From NCBI RefSeq assembly GCF_009914755.1, contig NC_060937.1: a stretch of DNA of 64,000 nt; one strand, written 5' to 3'. The notes beneath the pieces are model-generated. The model did not search any database and was not told where the DNA came from. It was given only the letters and a program-made list of their open reading frames with translations. How positions within the stretch are numbered: position 1 is the first letter of the stretch; every line of letters starts with the position of its first letter. This stretch comes from the human T2T-CHM13v2.0 reference genome, Homo sapiens. Shown piece by piece: positions 13,355 through 29,745 of the stretch. The position numbers and the translations under genes were made by a program.

Positions 13355-13560
13355 GTGGGAGTGAGAAAGACCTGGCCTTTCATCTAATCCCTGGTACTTT
13401 TTAGCCGTGTGACCTTGAACTCGTTACTTTACAAACTCTAAAATCCTTATGTTTCCCCTTTATAAAATGTGCGTGACATTACTTATAAATTTGTTGCAAA
13501 AACTAGGTGAAATCACTTGTGTAAAGAGCTTAGTGTAATGCCGAGTGTAATAGTGTCATA
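13355..13560 (+). mobile_element. MIR
   Basis: 'tagccgtgtgaccttgaactcgttacttt...tataaaatg...gtgtaaagagcttagtgtaatgcc'. Confidence 0.65.
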
Positions 13561-14299
13561 TGTATTAAACACCACTTAGTGGTAGTTTTCACAGAGTTCT
13601 TTATTATTTTATAACTCAATTATAAAAATAAGAGAATTTTGAAGTCTAAGATTCTCAGTCAACAAACCACTTTGCAAACCACCATAACAGAGTATTTCCA
13701 TGTGCTATGTATCACAAAGAACCTCTTGTCAAAGGGGCACTTATGTACCCAGGAGACCCGAACTCTGCTGTAACCACCCCAGTGAACCTCCTAGCATCAC
13801 AGAAAAGGCCTGGCAAGCAGACAATGCTGGGGCCTTCACAGTATGTTTCAGAGGCAGTGAGTATTTCAGACCATGTTATGGGAATAGTCAAAACTTCAGA
13901 CCCAGAAATATCTTAAAAGTAGTGGAGGATGAGGAAAAAAGTGGGAAGAAAACATGAAACGAATTGTGTTTTATGTGCTTATTGTGTTAGAGACTCTATA
14001 TTAATATTTATAAATTATATTATTTAATACTCAATCCAGTGGGGTATGTCTTGCTCTGATCTTGCTCACAAGGAAACTCAAGCTCTAAAACTAAATCATG
14101 AGGCAACCCACTACTGAGAGGATAAATTGAGGTAAATTAGTACTGGTTTCTGAAACTAACCTTTCTAGAAAAGAAAGTAAAAGTCTTTTACTTTTTTCTC
14201 ATCCCGTGTAATAAACAGAGATTACAATATTTGTAGCTTCAGGTCAGAGCCCAGAGAATCTAGATGAAGGAAAATGTGTCTTCACTGAAGCTGTTTTTG

Positions 14300-15420
14300 A
14301 CTCGTCCTTATAAGCATTCTTCTTCCTTGGTTGCCAAGACACCTCATCTTCAACTATTGCTTTATATTTCTATCTCTCCTTCTCAGGCATCTTAGCTTCC
14401 TCTTTGCCAACTCCACCTCTAACCCAATGGCCTAAGGATCCTACAGGCTCTGCTGGACCAGGTGATCCAGTTTCCCCAAGTATCTGACAGCAGTATGTGA
14501 GGATGAAAATACACACTGTGCTCAGGGGAAAGGGAAGGGCCAGAATACTCCCTCTGAGGAGGGTGATAGGGAAAGAGTTACAAAATCAGAAGCCACAAAC
14601 ACTAGGAGAAGATGAGAAAGCTCACCACGAGACAGATAGAGTGTTGCTGGCTCTGGTAGGTTAAAGCAAGACCGTGCAACTCTGGTGTCCCCAGGAGCCT
14701 TCCTCTGCATTTAGTCCTTGGGGAATTCATTGGCACACACCCCCTACTTTAACCACCATCTGGGTGGTGATGACTCCAGTCCACAGATGCTATGTCTAAC
14801 TGACCCCTGGGTGTCTCTCTTTTGATGTCCAGATGGCAACACAAGCTTATTAACTTGACTCCCAACCCCAAAAGCACCTTCTCCTTCCTCCTTCATTATT
14901 TTCTCTTCCAAATTCTGTTTTCTGTTAATGGTGCTATGAGCTACTCTGTCACAAAGGCAAGAAACATCGGAGTCACCCTCATCAAAGTTTTCTTCTATTA
15001 CCCCACATTCAAGTCACCCAGTTTTCTTGGTTTCAATTCAGGCATGGCTCCATAACCTTGCCTCTTCTCGCCCCTGCCACTCTCATAATCCCAGCCCTGG
15101 GCTGCAATAGAATCTCGGCCTAGAGAGCTGGCCTTCTGCTGTGGGTTCTTCACGTTCCAGTCCCACCATCGTCCGTGCCCCAGGGTGTCCTCACAACAGG
15201 TACCTGTGGCCACGTCCCCTTCTGCTTTCGCTCAACCAGTGGCTTCCCACTGCATCTACGCTGGAAGGTCTCAGCTCCACTTTCATGTCTGTCACCACCT
15301 AGTCCTCCTGGCTCAGCCCTGGCTTCTGCAAAGTGCCAGTGTTTCTCAAACCCACCATGACCTTTCAGGAGCTTGCCTTTGTGCAAACCAAGATCTGTGT
15401 CCTAGGATGTCTTCTTAATG
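14300..15420 (+). mobile_element. L2 LINE fragment(s), degraded
   Basis: Pyrimidine-rich L2 motifs: 'caagaaacatcggagtcaccctc', 'ccccacattcaagtcaccc', 'cagtggcttcccactgcatctac', 'accatctgggtggtgatgactcc'. Confidence 0.65.
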
Positions 15421-15504
15421 ACAATGTTGCAGATTGTTTATTGGACACTCTGCTATTTTCTTGACTTATTGTCTTTCTTAATTTAGACAATAATCTTCCA
15501 GAGT

Positions 15505-15630
15505 ACCTTCTATTACCACCTCCTGTTCTCACAGATGAAAAGCCTGAGACAGAAAGATTAAGTAAATCCCTCAAGTCCCAGGACTAGGAAGAACCAGAGG
15601 CCAGATTCCAAGCCCTGCAGTGTGTCAGGA
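15505..15630 (-). mobile_element. MIR
   Basis: 'tcacagatgaaaagcctgagacagaaagattaagtaaatccctcaagtcccaggactagg'. Confidence 0.75.
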
Positions 15631-16141
15631 GCACTGGGACGTTCGACCCTGCACGGCCTCCTTCTCCACAGCTGCCTACTCCTCCTCACCCTTCCACAAC
15701 CAGGACGGTGCCATGTCTGAAAAGCCTTCATCTAGTTCACAGGCAAAAATCAAGAATTCTGCCTGCTGCTTTCAAAATACTTTGTTCCTTCTCCATATTA
15801 CTTCATAACTCCCTAATATTTTTTGTTTTTAATACCTATCAAACATGAGCTTGTAGAATGATTTTAATTAATCTTCTTGTCTTAACAGAAATTGTCCAGG
15901 TGACCTTGTATAGAAAAAGAAATCAATAACGTTTATTAAGGTGAGTGAATGGCTACTGAAACCATGAATAGAAAAATGAAAGAATGAAGTATTGCTGGTT
16001 TAAATTCTTATTTTCCTAGATCTGGGGTGTTGACCCTGTTGTTCAGCAGTTCATGTTTTTCCCTTTCTTTTCCCATTCTCTCCACACACCTTTCTCTAGC
16101 TCTATTTGCTCTTTTTCAGAGATGATGGCTTTTTTACCCTA

Positions 16142-16481
<340 letters not shown>

Positions 16482-16579
16482 ATTAAGTTTAGTTTACATA
16501 GGAATGCTGATGTTGGAACATGAGATCACAGGTTGGTATTACGACCCGGAAACACCACTGAACTGACAAAAGCATCCTC

Positions 16580-16740
16580 AAGAGCCCTGCTCCTCCTTGA
16601 CCATGCTCCACCTACCATCCTTACCACTCCTCCCACAATTTCTCCCCCTGCTAGCACCACACTTGCCTCTTGGAATGTTCCTCTTTCCATGACTATAAAG
16701 CACACTCCCTCTTGCTTCAAAGACTCAGGAAGGTCCATGT
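16580..16740 (+). mobile_element. L2 fragment
   Basis: 'cacacttgcctcttggaatgttcctctttcc...ctccctcttgcttcaaagactcag' resembles the L2 3' region. Confidence 0.45.
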
Positions 16741-17932
16741 ATTCCACCCGGGGAATGGCTTCCCACTGCCAGCTTGGATGGCAACTCCCCGGCCACTTCA
16801 CATAGCGACATGACATGACATGACTCATGCTTGGGAATGGGAAAAGTCATTCATTGCAAAACCCAAAATGAGTGCTTCCCTCTTCAGTGTAAATAATAAC
16901 TTGTTTCTTCATCCAGTGGCTTACCTGCAGGATGTATATCCAATCATCTTAGAGGTTGCACATTCCCATACACAGCCATCTGTCTTTAATTTCTGTTTGA
17001 ACTGAAAGCTACTAGTGGGCAAAGATTGTGTTTATTAAGTAGTCACTTACTTTAGATGACCGATTAGCTGCCAGAATTGCCTGGCTCTACCGTGCAAAAA
17101 TAACATGCTGTATTTGATTCCTCCTGGTGCTGTGATGGATTTACTGGAGAAAACAGTAGTTGAACATTGTACAATACCATGTATGATGTGTTATTTCCCT
17201 AAATATTTTAGCTCTGGGTTCAGAAAAACATTTTACCCGGACACAATCCATTTTCTTAAAATATAATTGTTTACTGAGTGGCAAAATCACTAGTCTCTCT
17301 ATATATTTGGTAACCTAGACATGGATTACTGAAGTCAGATTTTTATTAAAAAAAAAAAAAAGAAAGGTAAGTTGCAGAACCACATCTTGTATAAACACAA
17401 AGTGAATGCCTTTGTATGATGCAAAGCAATGGAAAGATGAGTACAGCATCTGCAGAGTTCATTCACCCCACCTTGCTTTTAAAAAGCAGGTGTAAAGTCA
17501 GCTGGCTCTTGCCAACACTTGTCTAGCCCATGATCATGCGAGTGATTAAGTGCCTGTCTTAATAACCCACTGATAGTGGTAGTAAAGTAAGAATAATTGA
17601 TGATAAACATCTTAAGGGGTTGAAATCTTTGTAACTCTGTCCTGAAATGTTGATGACAGAAGCAGGATTTACTCAGGCTGCTTGAGTTCTGACTCTCCCA
17701 ACAGGGTCAGGGACTCCTTGAAAAGGGGATTCCCCATTACTTCCAGCGTGTTTTACTTCCAGGCTTTCCAACTGACTGGGATTTCACTGGGATACAGCTA
17801 TTGGCGGTTGCCTTGAGCGAATCTCACCGTTCTGGGATGAGTGTTCACTATAGAATTATTCATAATATTAAATAAGATTAATGAATATTACCTGGGATTT
17901 AAAACTGCATTTCAAGTAAAATATGAATACAC

Positions 17933-18347
<415 letters not shown>

Positions 18348-20296
18348 CTATGGCTATCATCCCCACTTATTCAGAGGCGGACTATAGTGATGCTGTGCAA
18401 ACACTGACTAAGGGCTACTGCCAACTAGTGCACATCCTGTGACCACTGAAATGTCCCAGGAGAGGAACCCACAGCAGCTTTCTTTATCCTTACACTAAAT
18501 CATAAGAACAAAATTGACCTTAGTGAAACAAAACATAATTTATGGATTAAGTGACACCTGATTTTTGCATTTGATTTGAGAAATGTAAGCTTTGGTTAAC
18601 ACTGCTGCTTAAGCAGAGACATATAATCCTTCCCCTGGATTCAAATCTGACACTATTCACATAATAGGGTAATTTCTCCTGTTTTTCTACTCTGACTCGG
18701 AGACATGACCCTTGTGTAATATTATGTTGAAACTAGCTTGGCCATCTGATTTCCCATTTGCATGCCCAATATTTGAAGCAATAAACTAGAAGAAACTTGG
18801 GACATAAAGGCTGTTCGATGCCAACAACATGACTACCCAGGTTCTCAAGGGTAAAAGATGCTGGAAAACAAAATTGAACGCAGTACTTCTATCAGCAGAG
18901 ACTTATAGAATGACCACACCCTGACCTTCTGGGACAGAGTCCAATCACACCTGAGTTTCTGCACAGTCCCTAAATGTGCCCCTTACACTCCCAAAAGTAT
19001 CCTCTTTAGGAAATGTAAACTCACGATAATTTTAATAAATGTTGGTAAAGTTTCCTTTGACTAATTAAGGATGAAAATCGATTAATCATCTTTTTTGGGG
19101 GAATGTTAGAGAAATGTGGGAAGAGCATTTTTTGCCATATCCGGCAAAAATTGTTAAATAGAAAATGAATCTAGCAGTTTTGTTAGTCTCAGTGACCTGG
19201 AAATTCACTTCTGTGGAGCACATGAATCCCAGAAGTTGTTATATTAATGAAGTGTGATGGTAATATGCTCAGCTTTAGCTATCATTTCTCCTCCTATCTC
19301 ATTACTGTACTTTCAGGTGAATTTTATTCCTCACTTGCCTTCAATATGTCATGTTTTTCTCTTGTGTCTTTTCCTGTCCTTCTTTCCATCCCTAACCTTT
19401 AATGTGACCAAAGACTTGGATTAATCCTGTAATCACTTTATCGTTGTCACATAGGCCCACGCCTACAAGAAAGAACCATTTCACATAGTCTTATGCCTAC
19501 AAGAAAGCCAGTCTATTGTTGGTTTTCTGTAAATGTTCCATTATAATGACAAAAACACAAGTTATTTTGGAGAGAAAACAGCTAATCTAACTTCCCATCT
19601 GGTTTCCAGGAAACATTATCCAGAAGCATTTCCCTTGAAAATGTTAAGTGTCTTCGCTGGTGACCAGGGTTGCTTTCAGCTTGATCATATTAGTTTTACT
19701 TCTTTTTCTGTCACTTTTCCCTTGCTTCGAGTACTTTAAATTTCCAATTAAGATAAGATTTATGGTTTGTTGAAATGCTCTTGTTCAGCTGCCTTTGCTC
19801 CATCTCATCTGAAAGGTTATATGTGGCTTCACTTAATGCCACTCAGGCAGGGAATTTCAATGTATGCTATTAGGAGCAGGAATCCCCTATTTCCTTCAGT
19901 GTTGTTTTGAGAAGGCTGAGAATGCTTGTGCGTGCCGCCTTTCACATGAAGGAACCAACGCACTATAACCGTGCTCTTCCCTTTGACAATAACAACAACC
20001 ACCACAACAGAAGTCACTGTACTCTTTTAAGGACTAGATTTTTTTGGATGCTAAAAATAGGAAAATTAAAACTAAGAACTATGAATCAAAGAGCATAAAA
20101 AAATTAAGAGAGAAAGATAACAGTGATCATGCACTTTATTGATCGCAGAGGAACCCAGGCACTGTGTCATCCCTTTGATTCTGTGCCCTGTCTGACTGGT
20201 AGACTTGTCCCCATTTTTCTTAACTGATGGAACGTTTTTATTTCAATAAGGTAGGAAAAATAATCAAACTTTTATCTTAATCAGAAATGATCAGTT

Positions 20297-20633
<337 letters not shown>

Positions 20634-20717
20634 GATCAGTTGTTTTAATACAATATAGGCTGTTTAAGTTACGGTAAAAATAAATAAATAAAAACACACA
20701 ACATAAAATATACCATC

Positions 20718-21435
<718 letters not shown>

Positions 21436-21796
21436 CCATCTTAACCATCTTCAAGTGTAGAGTCCAGTAGTTCTAAGTATATTCCCATTATTGTGAAACA
21501 GATCTCCAGAACTTTTTCATTTTGCAAAGCTGAAACTCTCTACTCACTAAACAAAGCCCCATATTCCACTTACCCTAGGTCCTGGTAGCCACCATTCTAC
21601 TTTCTGTCTCTATGAATTTAACTACTCCAGGTACTTTATACAAGTAGAAGTATACAGTATTTGTCTTTTTGTGACTGGCTTATTTCATTTAGTGTAATGA
21701 TCTCAAGGTTCATCTATGTTACAGTATGTCTTAAAATTCTTTTTCTTTTTAAAGCTAAATAGTATTTTATTATATATACTTGCCACATTTTTTTAA

Positions 21797-22261
<465 letters not shown>

Positions 22262-22760
22262 TAAAGAACAGTCAACTGTTTTCCCTAACAGCCACACCAT
22301 TTTCATTTTACCTTCTTACTAATAGTACACAGGGGTTTACATTTTGCACTTTCTTGCTATCACTTATTTTCTGTTTTTTGTTTGTTTTGTTTTTCATAGA
22401 AGCCACCTTAATTGGTATGAGATGGTATCTCATTGTGGTTTTGATTTGCATTTTTCTAATGATTAGTGACGTTGAGCATCTTTTCACATGCTTGTCCATT
22501 TCTATAACTTCTTTGGGGAAGTGTCTGTTCAATACTTTGCCAATTTTTAAATTATTTTATTTTACTTTTTTGGTGGTGAGTTGTATATTTCTTCATATAT
22601 CATAGATATTAACCCTTTATCAGATATATCATTTGCAAATATTTTCTATTATCCATGGGTTGCCTTATCACTCAATTGATTGTGATTTTTTATTTACAGA
22701 AGTTTTAAATTTTGATACAGTTCAACTAATTTAATTTTACTTTTGTTGCCTGTTGCCCAT

Positions 22761-23122
22761 TGATATGGTTTGGCTTTGTCCACACCCAAATCTCATGTTG
22801 AATTGCAGTTCCCATAATTCCCATGTGTCATGGGAGGGACTAAGTGGGAGGTAATTGAATCATGCCGGTGGGTCTTTCCTGTGCTATTCCTATAATAATG
22901 AGTAAGTCTCACGAGATCTGACGGTTTTACAAAGTGTTCCCCTGCACATGCTCTCTTGCCTGCCGTCATATAAGATGTGACTTTCCTCCTCATTCACCTT
23001 CCGCCATGATTGTGAGGCCTCCCCAGCCATGTGAAACTGTGAGTCCATTAAACCTCTTTTTCTTTATAAATTACCTAGTCTTGGGTATGTCTTTATTAGC
23101 AGTGTGAGAACAGACTAATATA
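22761..23122 (+). mobile_element. THE1B/C MaLR solo LTR
   Basis: tgatatggtttggct...'ccatgattgtgaggcctccccagccatgtg'...'gagaacagactaatata'; flanks cccat/cctgt fit a CCCGT TSD with CpG decay on opposite strands. Confidence 0.92.
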
Positions 23123-23429
23123 CCTGTATTTGAAGAAAACGGAACGATATTCATAGGAATCAAATGACTTTTCCAAAGTCAGACTGCTATTAACAGGCAG
23201 AGTTCAAATATGAGTCAAAGTCCACCTGCTATGGAATCTCATATGCCTTCTACTATCCTTCTCAGCTTCCATAAAGATAAAAATACATGGGAGGGTGTTG
23301 TGCAAAAGAAAGTGTCAAACTAAAGAAAGTTTGAAGATATGAATAACAGTTGTAGGAAATGAGAACAAACTCATGAAAGGAGAAAAAAAGAACAAGAATG
23401 CAGATATGAGCAATGGATAATGAAGCAGA

Positions 23430-24180
23430 AAGAAGTGTGCCCACAAATGATCACTATAGCATCATTTATATTAGAAAACTTTCTAAGTGTTCAGGAATTA
23501 CACTGTTTAAGAATATACAGTGATTGAATCTTACAAACACTATTCCATTGATAAAAATAATATTTTTAAAAATACAAAAAGGTACACTGTAGATATATAT
23601 ACCCTGAACCCACTCAGCCCTCCCCCTTGTTTTAGAGCCATTGACATGGGATTAACCCCAGCACCCAATCAGCACACTCCCATCTCACTTGCCACAGGAA
23701 TTGGTTTAGCAAGCAAATAAAGCTGAACCAATAAGCACAAGGCATTCACTCCCCACGACTCTGAATATAGAGATTATTCAGGAGTAGCAGTAAAACCAAT
23801 GTCTGTCTAATCATAAGAAAGAATCCCTCTCCCTTTTAGTTACATAAGCCAATCACTTCTTATTGTTTAAGACAGTTTTTGTCACTTTCTGTTACTTGTA
23901 ACTGAATACACTGTACATAATACAAATAACTTACTTAGAAAGTTGATAGTAGATTGCTAAGAAAAAAATTTAAAGTCAAAAAATCAAAATAATGCATGGT
24001 ATATTGATGTCATTTTGCTCTGAACATAACATAAATCCCTATAGCTAATAATATTAAAAGTATGCAAAATATTAACATTCTTGGAGAAGAGGTATTAGGT
24101 AATATGTTTTGGGGTTTCTTTATATTTCAAAACTATTCAGCATCAAGGATGTATTTATTTTGTAATTAGTGATAAAACCA
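23430..24180 (+). mobile_element. Ancient L1M (L1ME/MC-like) 3' remnant split by MLT1
   Basis: 'cactatagcatcatttatattagaaaact' and 'aaatattaacattc...tatatttcaaaact...atgtatttattttgtaattag'; very degraded. Confidence 0.4.
23588..23924 (+). mobile_element. Old MLT1 (J/K-like) LTR
   Basis: 'ccaatcagcacactcccatctcacttgccacagg...ttttagttacataagccaat...ttctgttacttgtaactgaatac...taataca'. Confidence 0.65.
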
Positions 24181-24204
24181 TGGTTCTATATATTTCATAA
24201 TTAT

Positions 24205-24350
24205 TAACTAATTTAATATTTACAACAGCACTATGAGAAAAGTTTGGTGATTGGGAAACTAAGATACAGTGGGATAAAATAACTCCACCAGGGCCATTCA
24301 GCAAGCAAGGGGGCAGCAGACAGAGTGGAGCCCAGGTGGGCTGTTTCCCA
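24205..24350 (-). mobile_element. MIR
   Basis: 'atttaatatttacaacagcactatgag...gggaaactaagatacagtgggataaaataactccaccagggcc'. Confidence 0.6.
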
Positions 24351-24649
24351 CTCTGCAGCTTAGCTTTATCCCTCTTCCATAGCCTTGGCTCCAGTTAACT
24401 CCCTCAAGCACTGTCTTCTGCACCAAAATAGTTTATCAAAGTAGTTTCCCAATAAGGCAAAATAAACAGAAGCATTTATATACTCTGCCAGATAAATAAA
24501 ATGTTATCTCTCTGTAATTGTGAACAAAATCATAACAAATTATTAAAATTGATCAAATATCATTAGATCTACCAGGCTTTTTTGCCAAAGGGAGACTTGG
24601 GAATCTGTGAATGATGGTTGAGTCAAACATGGAGCAGCTGGTCTGTGGC

Positions 24650-25050
24650 CTGGGATGGGGCAGCCCCACCAGCCAGACAATGTATGCCTGGACTTGATGG
24701 GGATGATGCTAGTAGGTGTTGAGAAAAGACAGGGAAGAACTTGAGAGACAAGTAGGTGGGGAAGAAACAGAAGCTGCTGTTTTGGGGGTAGACTCAACAC
24801 TTTGATGTGGACATGGAGTAAGCAGCAGAGAGAGAGCCTACTAGGGAACAGGCGGTCATCACAGGAGGGTCCTGGCTCATCTCCAGCATGTGGTATAAGC
24901 TTGGCCTCTAGTTCCAGAGGAGACAAGCAACAGATGAACACGAGGAAGTCAGCGTCCTTAGGTAATGGACGACAAGGGTGGCTGTCGAGTGATGCCCAGG
25001 AGCAGAGAAAGAAGACAGGAATTCTACATGAGACAGGCATAAAGTGGAAG
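24650..25050 (-). mobile_element. Possible L2 fragment
   Basis: Purine-rich segment with L2 antisense-like wording ('gcctggacttgatggggatgatgctagtaggtgttgagaaaag'); very degraded. Confidence 0.4.
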
Positions 25051-27433
25051 GGAAGATAGGAATCAGGTTGATGAGACTGGGATTGGTTCATGAGTTCAGA
25101 GAGGTGCTAGAACAACCTTGGCTGATCCGTGACATGATATGGGATGCACTTGCAGAGGCAAAGACCAGAGGCCGTGTTGCATATTCCTCCCTGTATGTAT
25201 GGGTGGGGATGAGGACAGTCCACTGCTCTTGGGGTATCTACTCAATGGAGCTGGAAAGGAGTTGTCTGTGCTTGCTCTGAGTGTCTTTTTTATACAGCTC
25301 TCAAAGATAAGGGTGGTCTCCCTTACCTTTTGGCTTGCCTGGTGCAATGCCTGTTGCTTATTAGTGATAAGAGCCTCTCCTAGATAAAAGATTAGAGGTT
25401 CTCCTAGATAAAAGTCCTACTGTATTGATTGAAAGAATGAAGTAATCTTTCCCCCTTTTTAGAAGACCAAAATGGATTTTCTAAGACTCTTGCCTGTTAG
25501 AAGTATGTTGGTTTTTCTCTTCCTTTCCTCTGTATTCCACAGCCACATGCTCACTGTAAAAGGCAAAATAATGGAAGAACAGTTTTATTCCAAGTGTGTA
25601 CATATTGTTTTCTAAGATAACTCATGGATATAGTTAATCCTGTGATTTGGGGTCACTGCTGTGTTCTGATATTTCTCAAGGGATGCTGCCACTGAAGAGT
25701 GCTGAGTTTCAAACAGGCTGGTAAAATAACATCCTCTGCCCTCAAACGCCAGAGGAGCGGGTCTTTGATCCCAGAACTCATTGACGGAGGAAGAGTTGCC
25801 ATAGAATGTGCTCAGCACGCGGGGTCAGAAGGAAGCTGGTGATTAACAAAGGCAAGAGGTCCAAATATATATCCCTAGACATATGGCATTTCCCGGAACA
25901 TGGTACAAGAAATTATAAGAGGCGGTGCACAAACTTTCTAAAATTACATTAGGAGTTATGTATTCTTCACACATTCATCTATAACTAGCACAATTCAACC
26001 TTGATTTCACAGATATTACTGTAGCACCCAGGCAGAAAATGCTGTGTTTACTTCAGTTATAAGCATTGAAATACTTTTGACAGCTTTGAAAGTAAAATCT
26101 CCAGGAATAAAACTTTAGGACTTCATTCTGAAAATGGGTTTTGGTGGTAGTCATTTTTGGTCTTACTTTTGATTGTTTTTTAACTATGTGAGGTTTTCTC
26201 ACATCCTTCCCTTTAAATAACTTCTTATTACTCAACTATTAGCTGCAAAGTGAGTACTAAAAAATTCTGATCAGGAGGTTTGATATGAGCAGCTGGTGGC
26301 AAAGTCACTTAAACTACTCAGAGGTGCAAGAAGATCCAAGTTTTTCCACCTAAAGCTCGCTGCCAGCCCCTTCCTTGCCCCAGTGCCCCCAGTTGTCCAC
26401 AGCACATTGGCTGCTCTCCTTCCTACCCAGCCAATTCCCCAGAAAATCTTACGGAAAATTAGACTGGCTATTCCTTAGGTTCCCTTGTTTATTACTCTCG
26501 TTTTAAAATTTAATAACATAACTTACATTGTCCTTATGTTTAACATTCTCTTCTATTAATGAAACGTGATATTGTCACTCCTTTTATGTCACACTGATAA
26601 GAAAAACATAGGCCTCAGGGAATTAACAACAACTGTTATCTTATAGCTTGACCACACCCCCTTAAATGTTGCCTTTCCATCGTCCTTCACCCCTTTGTCA
26701 TCCTTCTTATTTTCCCATTTTTCTTTTCTTCCATTGATATCTTTTCTACTCAATGACCTATCATCTATTTGCAAATTTATTCATGCCACTTAATTCCTTT
26801 ATGTTAATTCTGCTTCAATACCAAAAACATACTTGGATTTTCAGGCATCCAAAGCCTCAATACATGTAGTTGCCCACAAAATTGCAACCAAATACAATGA
26901 ATTAGAAAGCTACTAAGTATTCACCAGCTTCTATTACATCTAATTATCTGAGATCTTTTGAATTACAATGAGATTGTTCATAGTTTAAAACATGCAGGAG
27001 TGAATAATTTGTTAACATCTAAAATGCTACTAACTTTACTTGGTGCTGTTATTGGCTTACCTAAAGAGTTAGGTAACTTCATATTCTGCCGCATGTGAGG
27101 CAAGCTCTCCAGTGAAAGCCAGCCGCCCCTACATCTTTCCTCAGCATCTTTCTACTGTAAAGAAATTGTCAAAATGTAAGGAACTTCACAGACTCTTCAG
27201 TGGGGAACTGATGGGTCTCTAAGAACAGTCGTAACTGTCTCTAATGAAACCCATGTATTGATAATTCTCAAGATGCTTTGTGTGAGTCATTCCTTCCTTC
27301 CAGTTCGCAGTCACCTTTCACACCTGCTGCTCTGTTATGGATTTTTACTGGGGCAAGTTTCTGATTCCAGAATAGCCTCTTAAATGTGCAGGGTGGAAAA
27401 AGGGGAATATTGGGTTATGTTAAAGAATCAATG

Positions 27434-28089
<656 letters not shown>

Positions 28090-28237
28090 TCAAAATATCA
28101 AGGCCACTAGGCCTCCTGTGATGGGACACCTTGGTATTTCCATACCTGTTTTGTCTTGTTTGGTGAAAGCATCCTCCTTTGACACACGAAAGTCAGAGGC
28201 AACTTGGCTGGTCACTGCGGCAGCAGGCACAGAGGGA

Positions 28238-28415
28238 AAATCTAGATTCAAATCCACCAACAGCAGCAGTTCTGAGATGTGTGGGCAACTTATCAAACTT
28301 ATTTGAGCCTCATTTTCCTTATCTCTAAAAAGCAACACGTAACTTTCAAAATCGTGCAATGTTTTACTGAGCTGAGAAACACCCAGCCCTCGGTAGGGGC
28401 TCAACAACTCTGCCT
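28238..28415 (+). mobile_element. MIR
   Basis: 'ctagattcaaatcc...gtgtgggcaacttatcaaacttatttgagcctcattttccttatctctaaaa'. Confidence 0.7.
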
Positions 28416-28624
28416 TTCTTTGCCTACATTTGCTTTGCTGTAATGTTGTTAATAGAGGCAACCTAATTAACCACTGTGTGTATTAATCTGAAATGGCCGG
28501 AACCCTCCAAAGCAACCAAAAAGGATTATCTCACTCTCTAGAAGAAAATCTTTATAATTCTCCTGCAAGCACTTTACAGACACATTACAGTACACATTAT
28601 TAATGTTCACACTGGAAGCTTCTA

Positions 28625-28735
28625 GACTCCAGAGAGGATGCAACTGAGACCTGAACAAGTTCAGGGACTTGCCAAAGATGACAGCGACAAGAAACAGCAG
28701 AACTAGGGCTGGACCTGAGGTCTCTTGTCTCCCTC
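28625..28735 (-). mobile_element. MIR fragment
   Basis: 'gcaactgagacctgaacaagttcagggacttgccaaagatgacagc...cagcagaactagggctggacctgaggtctcttgtctcc'. Confidence 0.65.
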
Positions 28736-29455
28736 TCCTAACAGCATCTGTTAAATAGACCTTGTTTCTTACCCATTTAGTTACATTTTTCTAGCAGAAA
28801 AAAGGCAGATCAGGAGACAAAAATGCACATAAACAATCCCACCTTCGCGTGCACTCTTTCTATCCACACATGCGGACTCACTAGTGCATGGCTTAGTTGT
28901 GGATGATTCCACAGCTGTCAGATTCACACAAAAGCAACACTTGCAAACATTTTGTGATGTGGTTTTGTAATCCTTGCTAGAGGACTTTGGGCCTATAAAA
29001 TAATGAATGGATCATGCTGAGGACTAAGAATAGTACTTTTATGTATGACAAATGTAATCCTGCAGAAAAAGAAAAAAAGACGGTTTTCATGTCACTTAAA
29101 ATAAAATGTTACTCCCTTCCAGCAGCCTCAGAGCTTTAGCAAATGAGAACTTGGTACCATCTCTTAAGATCGCATACTTCTGTAACGTAGCGAGTCAGTG
29201 CGGCTTCTCTTTTCTGCTTGATAGAAGTATGTGTCAGTTTCTTTTTTGGAGGTGCAACCACAGAGAGCTGAGGCATGACCTGAATTAACAACCCCAGAAC
29301 ACAAATGGGGTGAGCTTCTCAAGTGACAAGAGCAGCACAAAACCAACTTCGGTTTCCACCCACAAAGCTCAAGCTTCTGCTTCACAAGGCCAGGAGAAGA
29401 ACGTGGAGTCCTAGAATGGACTCAGAAGTGGCCAAATTATCCCACTTCTTCCTTG

Positions 29456-29745
29456 TTTTTTTTTGAGATGGAGTCTTGCACTGTCACTGGGGCTGGAGGG
29501 TAGTGGTACGATCTCGGCTCATTGCATTCTCTGCCACCTGGGTTCAAGCAATTCTCTTGCCTCAGCCTCCCAAGTAACTGGAATTACAGGTGCCCACCAC
29601 TGCGCCCAGCTAATTTTTTGTATTTTTAGTAGAGATGGGGTTTCACTATGTTGGCCAGGCTGGTCTCAAACTCCTGACGTCATGATTTACCCGCCTCGGC
29701 CTCCCAAAGTGCTGGGATTATAGGCTTGAGCTGCCATGCCCGGCC
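29456..29745 (-). mobile_element. AluS (Sg-like)
   Basis: Full Alu; TSD-like atcccactt at 29439 and 29747. Confidence 0.93.

Noticed and set aside
16807-16830. (GACAT)n run resembling p53 half-sites
   Set aside because: The CATG cores are followed by A, not the YYY needed for RRRCWWGYYY. It is a short pentamer slippage repeat.
24543-25091. 182-aa minus-strand ORF
   Set aside because: Overlaps degraded L2-like sequence, has a P/L/S/C-biased composition and no recognisable domain
25745-25762. CTCF-like 'cgccagaggagcgg'
   Set aside because: Lacks the near-invariant GGC at the correct spacing
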